Shown here: positions 19,343 to 29,640 of the stretch, one piece after another | Layout: every line of letters begins with the position of its first letter | Numbering within the stretch: the stretch's first letter is position 1 | DNA from: Candidatus Sericytochromatia bacterium | GTDB lineage: Bacteria; Cyanobacteriota; Sericytochromatia; S15B-MN24; JAQBPE01 | Direction of reading: 5' to 3' | Assembly: GCA_040400605.1 (NCBI GenBank) | Contig: JBBAPZ010000011.1 | Coordinates: forward strand, 56,464 to 108,063 | DNA: 51,600 bases | Made by a program: the position numbers and the translations under genes | Notes under the pieces: model-generated | Database searches by the model: none | What the model was told of the DNA's origin: nothing | What the model saw: only the letters and a program-made list of their open reading frames with translations

Positions 19343-19593
19343 GTTTCAGCTCCAATTGACACCACAATGCCCCGTTGCACCGCGTGACGGATGAATCACC
19401 CCAACGGGTTGCTTCATGTGGCCCGCTCCGACGCCGGAACACCACGCTGCTTGAAGGCATTCTACCACCGTCAAGGGTCTACCGCTACCGTCGTGGTTCA
19501 ATCCGCCGCGCCAGAATGCCCTATTCATTTGGGCCCCAATGGCTTTGACAGCCACGATGTTTCAGGACAGAGCCGGCACAGGGAATGAATCGA

Positions 19594-22500
19594 TCAATGG
19601 ACCGCGAGTGTACCAGCTGCCCCACGCACCATATAGTACTTTGCATCGGGATGATGCAGGACAATCGCTGCCGTCGACTGCTCGGGAACCAGTTGATAGG
19701 ATTCCGTCAAGCTCACGTCAAGCTCGGTTTCGACCGGCAATACCGACCAGATTTTGCCGTGATCACCCAAATCAGGAATGGCCGGGTAGCCCCAGCTGTA
19801 ACGCTTGCCCGTGCTCTCGCCAATTCCCAGTTCCGCCCGAATATGCTGGTGTGCCACCTCCGCCAGCCCTTCGGCTGCTTCAACGGACAACCCGTGCAAA
19901 AAATAGGCTTCGCTATAGAGGCCGCGGGCATTCAATGACTCGCATTCAACACTGGCTTCGGCCCCGATTGTCACCACCTGCAACGCGACAACGTCTTTAC
20001 GACCACTCTGGATCGGAGCCACGTAATCGGCCAGGCAAAGATGTTCGCCATCCGGTTGCCGCGGTGGCTCGAGACGTGTCAAGACGGTCTCTTGATTATC
20101 AGGATGGTACAGCACGATGGCATCGCCATCCGCCTGTGCTGGGAAATAACCATAGATGAACCTCGCATTCAAGAGGCCGGTGCGCGTCACCTCGGCTTGC
20201 AATGCCATGCGTCGTGGTTCAAATTCTTCACGGATAAGGCGATCATAGGCTTCACCGTGGGTGTTTTTGGCGCCCCAGCTCAGGCGGTAAAGCGATCGCA
20301 AATCCATTGACTCAAACACCCGCGTGAGCGGAACATCCCGCACAACCCGCCAACCCCAAAACGGCGGCTCAGGGATATATTGAGCAGGCGGCGTCGCACT
20401 GCGCAGGCCGGCAGCAGCAACACTCACCGCCTTTTTCGTCAGATTGGCCGCGGCATCCGCGTCTGTCCGCAGGCGTTCCAGCAAGCGTGTACGCCGTTCG
20501 GCATCCATCCACTCATCCAGGATCCCAAGACCCTCAAACGCATCATTTGCGTAAAATACCCCCGGGTCGTACCGTGTGCCATCCGCCAGCGTCCAGATAC
20601 GTAAACCATAACGCTTGTTGATGGCGGCTCCGCCAATGATGACGGGAATCTTGAGACCACGCTTGGCGAGTTCCTCCAAGCACAGCGGCATCTGTTTCGA
20701 TGTGGATACGAGCAACGCCGACAACCCGATGGCATCGGCATCCACCTCAACTGCTTTCTCCAAAATCGTGTTGATGGGGACCTGTTTGCCCAAATCATAG
20801 ACCGTGTAACCGTTGTTGGTCAAAATGGTGTTGACCAGATTCTTGCCGATGTCGTGCACATCACCGTAGACAGTGGCAAGCACCACCTTGCCTTTGGTGG
20901 AACCCTCGGCTTTGTCGAGAAATTGCTCCACGTGCGCGACCGCTTTTTTCATCACCTCAGCAGATTGCAGCACAAAAGGCAGGATCAATTCACCCGCGCC
21001 GAATTTGTCCCCGACATCTTTCATGGCTGGCAAGAGCACCTCATTTAACACCGCGACGGGCGTGCGGCGGGTCAAGGCATCATCTAACAGTACTTCAATG
21101 CCATCTTTTTTACGGTGCAGAATTTTCCAATGCACAGCCTCTTCAGCACTCATGCCAACGGTGGGGTCTTCTTTTTCGGTGTTCGTCGCTTCCTGACTCA
21201 TTCCTTCGAAATGCGCAATAAAGCGTGCAAGGGCATCCGGTCTCCGATAAAAGACCAAATCCTCAGCGAGTTCTCTTTCCTGTGCATTGATCTCCGCAAG
21301 TGGTTTGATGTGAGCAGGATTCACGATCGCCAAATCCAAACCGGCTTGAACGCAATGGTATAAAAACACTGAATTCAAGACGTGGCGCGCGAGGGGTGCC
21401 AGACCAAAACTGACGTTACTGACGCCCAAGATGGTTAAAACGCCCGGCATATCGGCTTTGATGCTGCGAATGCCCTCGATGGTTTCAATCGCGGAGCGAT
21501 TGAACTCTTCTTCACCGGTCGCCAAGGTAAAGGTGAGGTCGTCGATGATCAGCGCCTCAGGCGGCAAGCCATACTCACCCACCGCGATATCATGGATGGC
21601 ACGCGCCACCGCGAGCTTACGCCCGGCTGTCTTGGCCATCCCCACCGGATCAATGGTCAACGCTACAACCGCCGCCCCGTGCTCCACAGCCAGAGGTAAA
21701 ATGGCATCACAACGTTCCCGGCCGTTTTCCAGGTTTATTGAATTGATCAACGCCCGTCCCGGGTAAATCTTTAACGCCTCCTGAATGACCGACACCTCGG
21801 TCGAGTCAATCATCAAAGGTGCTTCTACGCTCATCGCCAGCTTTTTGACCACTTGGCGCATCAAGTCGGCCTCGTCCGCACGTTCAGTCAACGCCACGCA
21901 TACATCCAAAACGTGGGCGCCTCCGTCTACTTGCTCCCTGGCAATCTCCACCACACCATCGAAATCCTCTGCCAACAGGAATTGTTTCAACTTGCGACTA
22001 CCCTGTGCGTTCACCCGTTCACCCACCAACAACGGTTTGGGCTCTTGGTGCAAACTGACCGCTCGCATGCCCGAACTCACCGCGGGCACACGCGATACCG
22101 GATTTAAACGATGCGCGCGCCCACCCACAGCCTCGCTCAGTTGACGGATGTGCTCAGGTGTCGTACCGCAACACCCGCCGACGACTGCCACCCCAAACTC
22201 AGTGACAAACTCCGCCATCGCCTTTGTGAAAGGCTCTGGTTGTTCGGGATAAATCGCCCGCCCATCCACGTTGAGCGGCAAGCCCGCATTGGGTAGCACA
22301 CTCACAGGCAAACGGCTCCGCTCGCAAAGCAGTCGCAGCGGCTCGCGCATATGCTCAGGGCCGGTCGAACAGTTCAGGCCGATGATATCAATCGGCAAGG
22401 CCTCCAGCGTTGCAAGCGCCGAAAGGATATCCGTACCAAGCAACATGCGACCGCTCGTATCAAGCGTGACCTGAACCTGCAGGGCCACCGGACGTGGTGC

Positions 22501-23064
22501 ACGCTGCAAATAACGGTCAATGCCCACGACTGCCGCCTTGACTTCCAAAATGTCCTGGCTCGTTTCTACGAGCAAAACATCCACGCCCCCATCCACCAAT
22601 GCTTCGGCCTGTTCGTAGAACAAATCGGCCAGTTCATCGAAAGTGATTTTGGAGAGTGCCGGGTCATCTGACGAAGGCAACATGCCCGTGGGACCAATTG
22701 AACCTGCCACAAAACGCGGCTTCGAGCGCGTGTTGTACTTATCCGCCGCGATGCGCGCCAAACGTGCAGCGGTGACATTGAGTTCGTACGTGCGATCGCC
22801 AAGCCCATATTCTTCCATTTTTAACCGATTGCCACCAAACGTATTGGTCTCAACGATGTCAGCGCCCGCAGCAAAAAACGACTCATGCACCCCCTGAATC
22901 ACATCCGGACGGGTCAACACCAGATAATCGTTGGCCCCCTCCTTGCCACCAAAGTCCGCCAAGGTTAAATCCAGTGCCTGCAGTGACGTGCCCATCGCCC
23001 CGTCATAAACGATTACACCCTTTTGAAGTGCTTCGAGAAACGGAACACTCGCAAAACGCCCCAT
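19594..23064 (-). CDS. metH: Cobalamin-dependent methionine synthase
   Basis: DGAMGT, GGCCGTTPEHI, GDVHDIGKNLV B12 motif, C-terminal activation domain (RYSWGYPA, PEQSTAA); ATG 23064 after AAGGAG. Confidence 0.97.
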   Translation of the reverse strand: MGRFASVPFLEALQKGVIVYDGAMGTSLQALDLTLADFGGKEGANDYLVLTRPDVIQGVHESFFAAGADIVETNTFGGNRLKMEEYGLGDRTYELNVTAARLARIAADKYNTRSKPRFVAGSIGPTGMLPSSDDPALSKITFDELADLFYEQAEALVDGGVDVLLVETSQDILEVKAAVVGIDRYLQRAPRPVALQVQVTLDTSGRMLLGTDILSALATLEALPIDIIGLNCSTGPEHMREPLRLLCERSRLPVSVLPNAGLPLNVDGRAIYPEQPEPFTKAMAEFVTEFGVAVVGGCCGTTPEHIRQLSEAVGGRAHRLNPVSRVPAVSSGMRAVSLHQEPKPLLVGERVNAQGSRKLKQFLLAEDFDGVVEIAREQVDGGAHVLDVCVALTERADEADLMRQVVKKLAMSVEAPLMIDSTEVSVIQEALKIYPGRALINSINLENGRERCDAILPLAVEHGAAVVALTIDPVGMAKTAGRKLAVARAIHDIAVGEYGLPPEALIIDDLTFTLATGEEEFNRSAIETIEGIRSIKADMPGVLTILGVSNVSFGLAPLARHVLNSVFLYHCVQAGLDLAIVNPAHIKPLAEINAQERELAEDLVFYRRPDALARFIAHFEGMSQEATNTEKEDPTVGMSAEEAVHWKILHRKKDGIEVLLDDALTRRTPVAVLNEVLLPAMKDVGDKFGAGELILPFVLQSAEVMKKAVAHVEQFLDKAEGSTKGKVVLATVYGDVHDIGKNLVNTILTNNGYTVYDLGKQVPINTILEKAVEVDADAIGLSALLVSTSKQMPLCLEELAKRGLKIPVIIGGAAINKRYGLRIWTLADGTRYDPGVFYANDAFEGLGILDEWMDAERRTRLLERLRTDADAAANLTKKAVSVAAAGLRSATPPAQYIPEPPFWGWRVVRDVPLTRVFESMDLRSLYRLSWGAKNTHGEAYDRLIREEFEPRRMALQAEVTRTGLLNARFIYGYFPAQADGDAIVLYHPDNQETVLTRLEPPRQPDGEHLCLADYVAPIQSGRKDVVALQVVTIGAEASVECESLNARGLYSEAYFLHGLSVEAAEGLAEVAHQHIRAELGIGESTGKRYSWGYPAIPDLGDHGKIWSVLPVETELDVSLTESYQLVPEQSTAAIVLHHPDAKYYMVRGAAGTLAVH

Positions 23065-23385
23065 GCGCGCACACTCCTTAACCAGTTTGCTGAACAGCCT
23101 ATATTCTGTTGTACCGCACGACGCCATCATCCGTAAAATCAACCCTTACACTGCACATCAAATCGGTATCCCCGGTTGCCTGAGCAAACCGTTCTGCTTC
23201 GGCAAAACGGCCAGCACGATTGAGGTAGGCACGATCGCCACCAGCCAAACCGGTTACAACGTAGCGTGGAACAAATCACTAAATTAATTTTAAATTAATC
23301 TAATTTTTATCAAAGATAAACCTGTTCACTGGATGTCATGACGGATAGATCTCGTGGTGGTGTGTTGCCACGTGATGGGGAGGGT

Positions 23386-24150
23386 GTGATTTTGGTCGTG
23401 ACGGGCGTGATTCGGGTGGGTCTGGTCTTGATGCTGATGGGAATGTCTGCCTGTGCGCAGGTGCCTGTAGCGGGCGGTGTGGTCAATCGTGCCGGGCAGT
23501 CGGGGCTGCGTGCTGTGGGTGATGAGGACCCGGTTGCGTTTTTGGCGAGTGCACGCAAGGCGATCGCCACGATTCGCAAAAATACCGAGTGGGCAAATCC
23601 GGTGCTGGTCAGTATTGAAGGGCGGGGTCTTGACCACCGTGGACGGTTGGTACCGTTGCTTGGCGGGGCTTGGGTTTTCAAGTTTTGGGCCAATCGGGTT
23701 GAGGATCAGACACCGAGTGAGCTTCGTGAACGAGTGGATGTGATTCAGCACGTTGAGGGTCAAATTGAGGTTTTGGCAGGTAATGAAACCTTTGAGGGCA
23801 CGCTCATTCGGCCGATTGATGTCGAAAAACTGGCAGCACCGACTGCAGTGGTGCCGTTTGCAATCCGCTTGGGACTTAAGGTCAATGCCAAAGGGCCGAC
23901 ATTCAATTATTACGACGTGACCTATAATGGGTTTTATGCTAACCCGTCGTTTGCTGACGCGAACGTCGCGGATGTGGTCAGTTATTATCAGCGCGAGGTG
24001 TACGACGGTTTGCATATCCCTGCTGATGCGGCCATGTTGCCCAACCCGGTGGCCAGCGCTGCCCCCGTCCAAATCAAATCAACGGCAGCACGAATGACAC
24101 GCTTCAGTCCCGTGGAATTGTTGGCGGCTCAACGCAGGCGCGCACAGTAG
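23386..24150 (+). CDS. Hypothetical lipoprotein
   Basis: Hydrophobic stretch ending in the lipobox-like MSA-C; GGGAGGG SD near 23378. Exact start uncertain (23338, 23386 or 23392). Confidence 0.7.
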   Translation: MILVVTGVIRVGLVLMLMGMSACAQVPVAGGVVNRAGQSGLRAVGDEDPVAFLASARKAIATIRKNTEWANPVLVSIEGRGLDHRGRLVPLLGGAWVFKFWANRVEDQTPSELRERVDVIQHVEGQIEVLAGNETFEGTLIRPIDVEKLAAPTAVVPFAIRLGLKVNAKGPTFNYYDVTYNGFYANPSFADANVADVVSYYQREVYDGLHIPADAAMLPNPVASAAPVQIKSTAARMTRFSPVELLAAQRRRAQ

Positions 24151-24167
24151 CGCAAAGCGTTGGTGTT

Positions 24168-25088
24168 CTAGCGTTTCAGCGCGTTATGGAGGATAAACCA
24201 GACATTTGCCGGTCTCTCCGCAAGGCGCCGCATAAAGTATGGATACCACTGGGTACCGAAAGGAACGTAACAACGCATGCCGTAGCCTTCTTGCACCAGT
24301 GACTCCTGAAGATCGCGTCTGATGCCGTACAGCATCTGGAATTCAAAACGCTCAGGCGCTATCTGAGTTTCCTGACAAAAGCGCCGGGCGTGCTGGATGA
24401 TAGCTTCGTCGTGGGTTGCGATACCAGGGAAATAGCCACTTGCAAGTAAGCGTTCCATCAAGCGAATGTAGTTGCGATCCACATCGGCCTTATCGGGAAA
24501 AGCAACGCTTTCGGGCTCCAGGTATGCCCCCTTGCACAAACGAACACGCGCGCCCAACTTGATCATCTCTTCCACGTCCTGTTCAGTGCGGTAAAGATAG
24601 GCCTGCAAAACAATTCCCACGGTATTGCCGTAACGCGCATGCAGGATTTTGAACAGGTCGACCGTCCGCTGGGTGTACGGGCTGCCTTCCATGTCAAGCC
24701 GCACGAAATTGTTGTACTGCTGCGCCTTGTCAAGCACTTTAGCTGTTACTTCTATACACAGGTTTTCATCAAGATCCATCCCCATCTGCGTGAGCTTTAG
24801 CGACACGTTGGTGTTCAGACCTTTGGCATGAATGGCATCCAGAATGCGCTCATATTCAGCACCTGCAGCACGCGCCTCGGCCTCTGTGTGAACATTCTCA
24901 CCTAAAAGATCGAGCGAGCCTCGAATGCCACGGGTATTCAGTGCTGCCATCGCATCCAGGGCTTCATCCAAGGATTCACCAGCCACGAAGCGGCGTGTCA
25001 AGTTACGCGTGAGGGAATTGCCAACCACAAAACGGTACATGGCGTTGTTTTCAGCCAGCGTCAAAAATGTCTTTCGCATAAGGGTCAT
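24168..25088 (-). CDS. Monofunctional proline dehydrogenase
   Basis: RFVAGE, SLKLTQMG, VRLDME, RLCKGAY, ATHD, EFQMLYG, YFMRRLAERPAN. Confidence 0.95.
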   Translation of the reverse strand: MTLMRKTFLTLAENNAMYRFVVGNSLTRNLTRRFVAGESLDEALDAMAALNTRGIRGSLDLLGENVHTEAEARAAGAEYERILDAIHAKGLNTNVSLKLTQMGMDLDENLCIEVTAKVLDKAQQYNNFVRLDMEGSPYTQRTVDLFKILHARYGNTVGIVLQAYLYRTEQDVEEMIKLGARVRLCKGAYLEPESVAFPDKADVDRNYIRLMERLLASGYFPGIATHDEAIIQHARRFCQETQIAPERFEFQMLYGIRRDLQESLVQEGYGMRCYVPFGTQWYPYFMRRLAERPANVWFILHNALKR

Positions 25089-25287
25089 GGCTTGTTTCCA
25101 TCATCTGTTTACAACGACGCGCAACCATCTCAGTGTAACAGGGTATCAGGCTCTTAAACAGAGGGCGCCAATCACTGATTGAATGAAAAAATGGCTGCTT
25201 CGTCGGGCAGGCCCGACCGCGTGCGGCAATTTACCACTCCTTGAAAGCTGAGGGGATCGTGATCACATTTCCATCGCGCCATCCGCA

Positions 25288-25800
25288 TCACTTGCGGGTT
25301 GGGGTTTGTACATCACGAACAAAGCGGAGGCGCTCAGAGCCTTGAGGCAAGACCACAATCAGATAGGGTTGGGTTAACACCTGGATGGTGAACTGGTCCG
25401 GCGACGGCGTTATTTCAGTGTAGTGAAAAACCAGACTGCCGGAAGCCTCGCGCTCAAGGTGATCGAAGCGTAGTTCATAGCCACCGGTCAGCCGTTGGTT
25501 GACAACAATGGCCACTCGCTCACGCGCGAAATTAATTGTCGGCGCTTGAACATCCGGGCGATGCACCTGGTAAAACCGCTTCCACGACACGGCGTCTCGG
25601 CAGACCGTTTCCAATTCATCAGGATAGCCACTGTAGGTGCCTTCTTCCAGAATTCGGTACTTGATTGGACCAGATGATGCTTTCACGGGAGGATCCTCAT
25701 CAGCACACGCGCTGAGCCAAGCACAACCGGAAAGAGGCAATGGCCACAGCGCAAGCATCCACACAGCCACTCCCAAAAGCGGGTATCGCAGACTCCCCAT
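25288..25800 (-). CDS. Lipoprotein with a PrcB C-terminal-like domain
   Basis: GGAGG SD before ATG 25800; lipobox LSG-C; TGGYEL and QVLTQPYLIV motifs. Confidence 0.75.
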   Translation of the reverse strand: MGSLRYPLLGVAVWMLALWPLPLSGCAWLSACADEDPPVKASSGPIKYRILEEGTYSGYPDELETVCRDAVSWKRFYQVHRPDVQAPTINFARERVAIVVNQRLTGGYELRFDHLEREASGSLVFHYTEITPSPDQFTIQVLTQPYLIVVLPQGSERLRFVRDVQTPTRK

Positions 25801-25889
25801 TGTTCCTCCATCACCACGATCAGGGTGTCGTTTGGGAGAGCATGCGCAATCGTCAGACTTTATACAAGACACGAGCACTGTCAAATCCA

Positions 25890-26534
25890 TCATACTGCGG
25901 TGATATCAATGCCGTTACGCACTTTGTTCCGTATTTCCTCCGTAATGAAACGGGCGAGTGTTTCGCGCTGATCCCACGTCACCGAACTGAAATGAATGCC
26001 ATAAGCAGCACCTTTGTCCACCTGGTACTGCACCCGCTTGATCTCCGACTGAATAGAAAGCACCGGCAATCCAGGCAAGGAAAGAATCGCCATCACCGAA
26101 TCGCCCTCACAAAACTCAACGCTCCGCGATTCACACTGACAACCCTCCGCACTGAGGTTGCTGAGTTTCATTGTCTGCGGCACCGCCTTTGGCAATCCTC
26201 TTTCATCAACCGGAATCAAAACCGCATCTGCCTGATAGCGGATACGCACGAAGCGGCGCCGTTGGGTAAAGGTGAACGCCGCATCCGGGGGTCGATGCAC
26301 AAACCACCAGTTCTCGTAGATGGCCTGGACATAAGTCTCACACTGCATGTAGTAACCGGTTTCGCCGACCAGCAACGTGATGCGGTCCGGTTCACCAATG
26401 GCCAACAGCGCATCGGAAACCCGCAAGTTGATGGTGTGATCGTTTTTGTCGAGAATCTGCGCAGGATATTTGTTTACCGACCCCCCCACTTGAACTCGTA
26501 TGTGTTGCATGGCTTCCAAATTTGGCTTGCTCAC
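25890..26534 (-). CDS. PilZ-domain c-di-GMP receptor (YcgR-like layout)
   Basis: QRRRFVR (RxxxR) and NLSAEG (D/NxSxxG) motifs, preceded by a ~85-aa N-terminal domain. Confidence 0.88.
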   Translation of the reverse strand: MSKPNLEAMQHIRVQVGGSVNKYPAQILDKNDHTINLRVSDALLAIGEPDRITLLVGETGYYMQCETYVQAIYENWWFVHRPPDAAFTFTQRRRFVRIRYQADAVLIPVDERGLPKAVPQTMKLSNLSAEGCQCESRSVEFCEGDSVMAILSLPGLPVLSIQSEIKRVQYQVDKGAAYGIHFSSVTWDQRETLARFITEEIRNKVRNGIDITAV

Positions 26535-26986
26535 CTTGCACCCCTTATCCTACGCACGCAATGCACGCTGCCAGCCCCTTTGTACCCGCAAGCGCTCGTT
26601 CCTGTTCACCAAATCCCTTACACAAGCTCGCAAAATTCAGGGACGACCGATCATACACGGCACGAAATCCAGTAAACCAAGGATGACCCGACCAATCATA
26701 ACGCCACGACCCTCAAAACTTGATGTTTCAGTTTGCAGGCGAAGTAAACTCAAAAAAGCATCATAACAGTGATTGGAATACTTTTCGATTGTGTGGTGTG
26801 TCGAATCGGGGTTAGTCCACTCACTTGTGACGCAATCGATCCGTGACACCGAATACCGACTTCCGTATTTGCAAGTTCCTACATTCAAAATTAATCGCTC
26901 GCCTTCTTGACAGCTGTTTAAATCGTGTCTTTCCGGCAGGTTACCACGCGATGATAAGCGTGATGTCCTGAAAGGAGCAAATCACG

Positions 26987-28534
26987 ATGCTGGCCAAGGT
27001 CAATACCGGAACAGTTTTGGGCGTGGAAGGTTTCTGGATTGAAACCGAAGTGGATCTCGCCCCCGGAATCCCCTGCTTTCAGGTTGTGGGACTCCCTGAC
27101 GCCGCCGTGAACGAGGCAAAGGAACGCGTTCGCGCTGCTATTCGTAACTCGGGCTATGAGTTTGTGCCCCGTCGTATCACCGTCAACCTCGCGCCAGCGG
27201 ATCTGCGCAAAGTGGGGCCACTGTTCGATCTCCCGATGGCCATCGGATTTCTGGTGGCCTCCGGGCAACTCGAATCGCCACACCTGAATGACTACCTCGT
27301 TGTCGGTGAATTGGCGCTGGACGGGCACATACGTCCGGTCAACGGGTGCCTGTCATTGGCATTGCTGGCCGCCCAACGCGGGTTTCGAGGCATCGTCGTC
27401 CCTGCGGTTAACGCACGTGAAGCAGCCTTGGTGGATCACATCGAGGTTCACGGCGTCGAATCGTTGGCTCAATGCGCCGCGATTCTGCAAGACCCTGCTG
27501 CGCACCCTGCATGCCAGAAAAAACATCCCTCATCCCTGCCGTTGTCAAACGGCATCGAGGGTGATTTTGCCGAAGTGAAGGGCCAAATGAGGGCCAAGCG
27601 TGCCCTCGAAATCGCGGCGGCAGGGGGACACAACATCTTGCTGGTGGGTCCGCCGGGCAGCGGAAAAACAATGCTGGCACAACGCTTGCCTGGCATACTG
27701 CCTGCACCCGATTTTCAAGAGGCACTGGAAATCACAAAGCTCCATTCAGTGGCTGGATTGCTGCAAACCCCCGATGGTTTGATTACCCAACGCCCTTTTC
27801 GAGCGCCTCATCACTCGATTACCAGCGCAGGTCTCATCGGAGGCACCAGCCAACTGCGGCCTGGTGAAATCTCTTTGGCCCATCACGGTGTCCTGTTTTT
27901 GGACGAGTTGCCCGAGTTTCGTCGAGACGTACTGGAACAGATGCGGCAACCGCTCGAAGAGGGCTCACTGACGATCGCAAAGGCTGCCCGTGCGTTGCGT
28001 TATCCAGCACAGATCACCCTCGTTGCCGCACTCAATCCCTGCCCATGTGGCTACCTGGGAGACACACGCATTCCATGTCGTTGTGCACCGATGCAAGCTC
28101 AGCGCTACCGAGCACGCTTGTCTGGCCCGCTGTTGGATCGCATCGACCTTCAGGTGGAAGTACGACGGCTCAACGACACCGAACTGCTGGAACATCAAGA
28201 AAGCGAGGCATCAATCAGTATACGTGAACGGGTCACCCGCGCACGGGCAATACAAAAAGCGCGGATGGCAGCCAAAGGCGGCCCCTCCGCCAATGCCCGG
28301 CTGAATACCCAAGGGCTGCGTCAGCACTGTCAACTGGATCGAGAAGGACGCCAAATGCTGCGCGAAACCGTACAACACCTCGCTTTGAGCGGCCGTTCGC
28401 ATGATCGCATCCTCAAAGTGGCACGCACCATCGCCGACCTCGAACAAAGCGCCACGATTCAGGCCGCACACCTCGCAGAAGCAATCACCTACCGTTTGCT
28501 CGACACCTGCACACTTGAACCCGGTTTTAACTAA
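26987..28534 (+). CDS. comM: YifB/ComM Mg-chelatase-like AAA+ ATPase
   Basis: ITVNLAPADLRK, GPPGSGKTMLA, RPFRAPHH, PGEISLAHHGVLFLDE, NPCPCG, SGPLLDRID. Confidence 0.93.
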   Translation: MLAKVNTGTVLGVEGFWIETEVDLAPGIPCFQVVGLPDAAVNEAKERVRAAIRNSGYEFVPRRITVNLAPADLRKVGPLFDLPMAIGFLVASGQLESPHLNDYLVVGELALDGHIRPVNGCLSLALLAAQRGFRGIVVPAVNAREAALVDHIEVHGVESLAQCAAILQDPAAHPACQKKHPSSLPLSNGIEGDFAEVKGQMRAKRALEIAAAGGHNILLVGPPGSGKTMLAQRLPGILPAPDFQEALEITKLHSVAGLLQTPDGLITQRPFRAPHHSITSAGLIGGTSQLRPGEISLAHHGVLFLDELPEFRRDVLEQMRQPLEEGSLTIAKAARALRYPAQITLVAALNPCPCGYLGDTRIPCRCAPMQAQRYRARLSGPLLDRIDLQVEVRRLNDTELLEHQESEASISIRERVTRARAIQKARMAAKGGPSANARLNTQGLRQHCQLDREGRQMLRETVQHLALSGRSHDRILKVARTIADLEQSATIQAAHLAEAITYRLLDTCTLEPGFN

Positions 28535-28563
28535 AAAATCTTTTAAACTTAAACGAATGACAA

Positions 28564-28590
28564 TTCAGTTTCACGGGCCGATCTCGATAA
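28564..28590 (+). promoter_or_regulatory. Putative sigma28 (FliA/SigD-type) promoter
   Basis: TTCAGTTT-N11-CTCGATAA compared with the consensus TAAAGTTT-N11-GCCGATAA; upstream of the small ORF at 28672. Confidence 0.4.
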
Positions 28591-28671
28591 GAAAGTCCTG
28601 AGGACTCGGACGTGGTGCTTGCGCTCCGGTTAGGTTTCGGATTCCTCATTTGCTCTGACTGGAGGCAATTG

Positions 28672-28833
28672 ATGCAAAGTTTCTGGGTGTCGGTCAGTTA
28701 CGACAAAGGTCTGTATTTGAGCAACTGTTTTACGACGCGCAGCCGTGAGGAGGCAGTGGAGCGGATGCTGGACTATTTGCGCATGGAATTCGAGTTGCCG
28801 ACGAGTGTTGATGTTAACATCCGTCACTTTTAA
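28672..28833 (+). CDS. Small hypothetical protein (53 aa)
   Basis: GGAGG SD 6 nt before ATG 28672; MQSFWVSVSYDKGLYLSNCFTTRSREEAVERMLDYLRMEFELPTSVDVNIRHF. Confidence 0.65.
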   Translation: MQSFWVSVSYDKGLYLSNCFTTRSREEAVERMLDYLRMEFELPTSVDVNIRHF

Positions 28834-28986
28834 TGGTGTGACGCTCCAACTGGATGGCAAAGTCCTTTAAGCAGGAAGCAAAGCATCTTGGCAAGGCGCC
28901 GGTTGGCGCCTCACCCTTGGGTACTTGACGATTCCTGATAGATGCCTTGATTTTGGGCAAAAAGGTTTTTGCTGACGGTATGACGG

Positions 28987-29640
28987 TCAAGCGGCTTGTG
29001 ATAGGTCGTCCCATTCTGGATTGCGCCACTCAATCAGTGTGGCGTATCCGCAAGATGGTTTATCGTAGGGTAGGTATCCGGGAATGACTTGTTTGACCAG
29101 GAAGCCTTCGCGCAATTGAAAGGATAGTACAGGGTCGTGGCGCAATCCTTGGACCACTTCCGACACGTAGGATTGGGCTGACATGGTATTTGCGCAGGCG
29201 GCGTAGCCGGGGATGCGACCACCTGCGATGATGCCAGAAAGGTGATGCCGTTTGGCGATCGCTCGGCGACCTTCATAAAGCAGCGCGCCAACGCCCATAC
29301 CCCGCGCATCGGGGTCAACGCCAACATCCGCGCCATACAGGGTGTTACCTGCGTGGGGGTCATGCGTGCCGAACCGGCCGCGGCCCGTGATCACATCCCA
29401 ACTCGCGAGTCGGTCAAATGCATCCCAGCGGATGATTAATGAGCTGGCAGAGCCCACGATGCGCCCGTTGCGATCGACCGCAACCAACTGACCCTCCGGA
29501 AAATTCTTTAAATGATGCCGCAACTGTGTCCGCGTCCAAGGCGGCATTTTCGGGAAAGCACGCTTTTGCAAAGCAATCACGCCCTCAATATCGGACGTCT
29601 CCATCCGACGAACCATACACATTGTCTTGATGGACTGCAT
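28987..29640 (-). CDS. GNAT-family N-acetyltransferase (YkwB-like; same type as the GNAT domain fused to carbon-nitrogen hydrolases)
   Basis: FPEGQLVA, TLYGADVGVDPDARGMGVG, GGRIPGY, DPVLSFQL, YATLIEWRNP. Start codon uncertain. Confidence 0.88.
   Translation of the reverse strand: MQSIKTMCMVRRMETSDIEGVIALQKRAFPKMPPWTRTQLRHHLKNFPEGQLVAVDRNGRIVGSASSLIIRWDAFDRLASWDVITGRGRFGTHDPHAGNTLYGADVGVDPDARGMGVGALLYEGRRAIAKRHHLSGIIAGGRIPGYAACANTMSAQSYVSEVVQGLRHDPVLSFQLREGFLVKQVIPGYLPYDKPSCGYATLIEWRNPEWDDLSQAA

Noticed and set aside
23065..23280. SAM, SAH or cobalamin riboswitch upstream of metH, or c-di-GMP-I riboswitch at the hairpin near 23189-23210
   Set aside because: Only fragments are present (GGCAACC; GCAAACC plus a UUCG hairpin). 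I could not find the conserved cores, and an Rfam scan would be needed.
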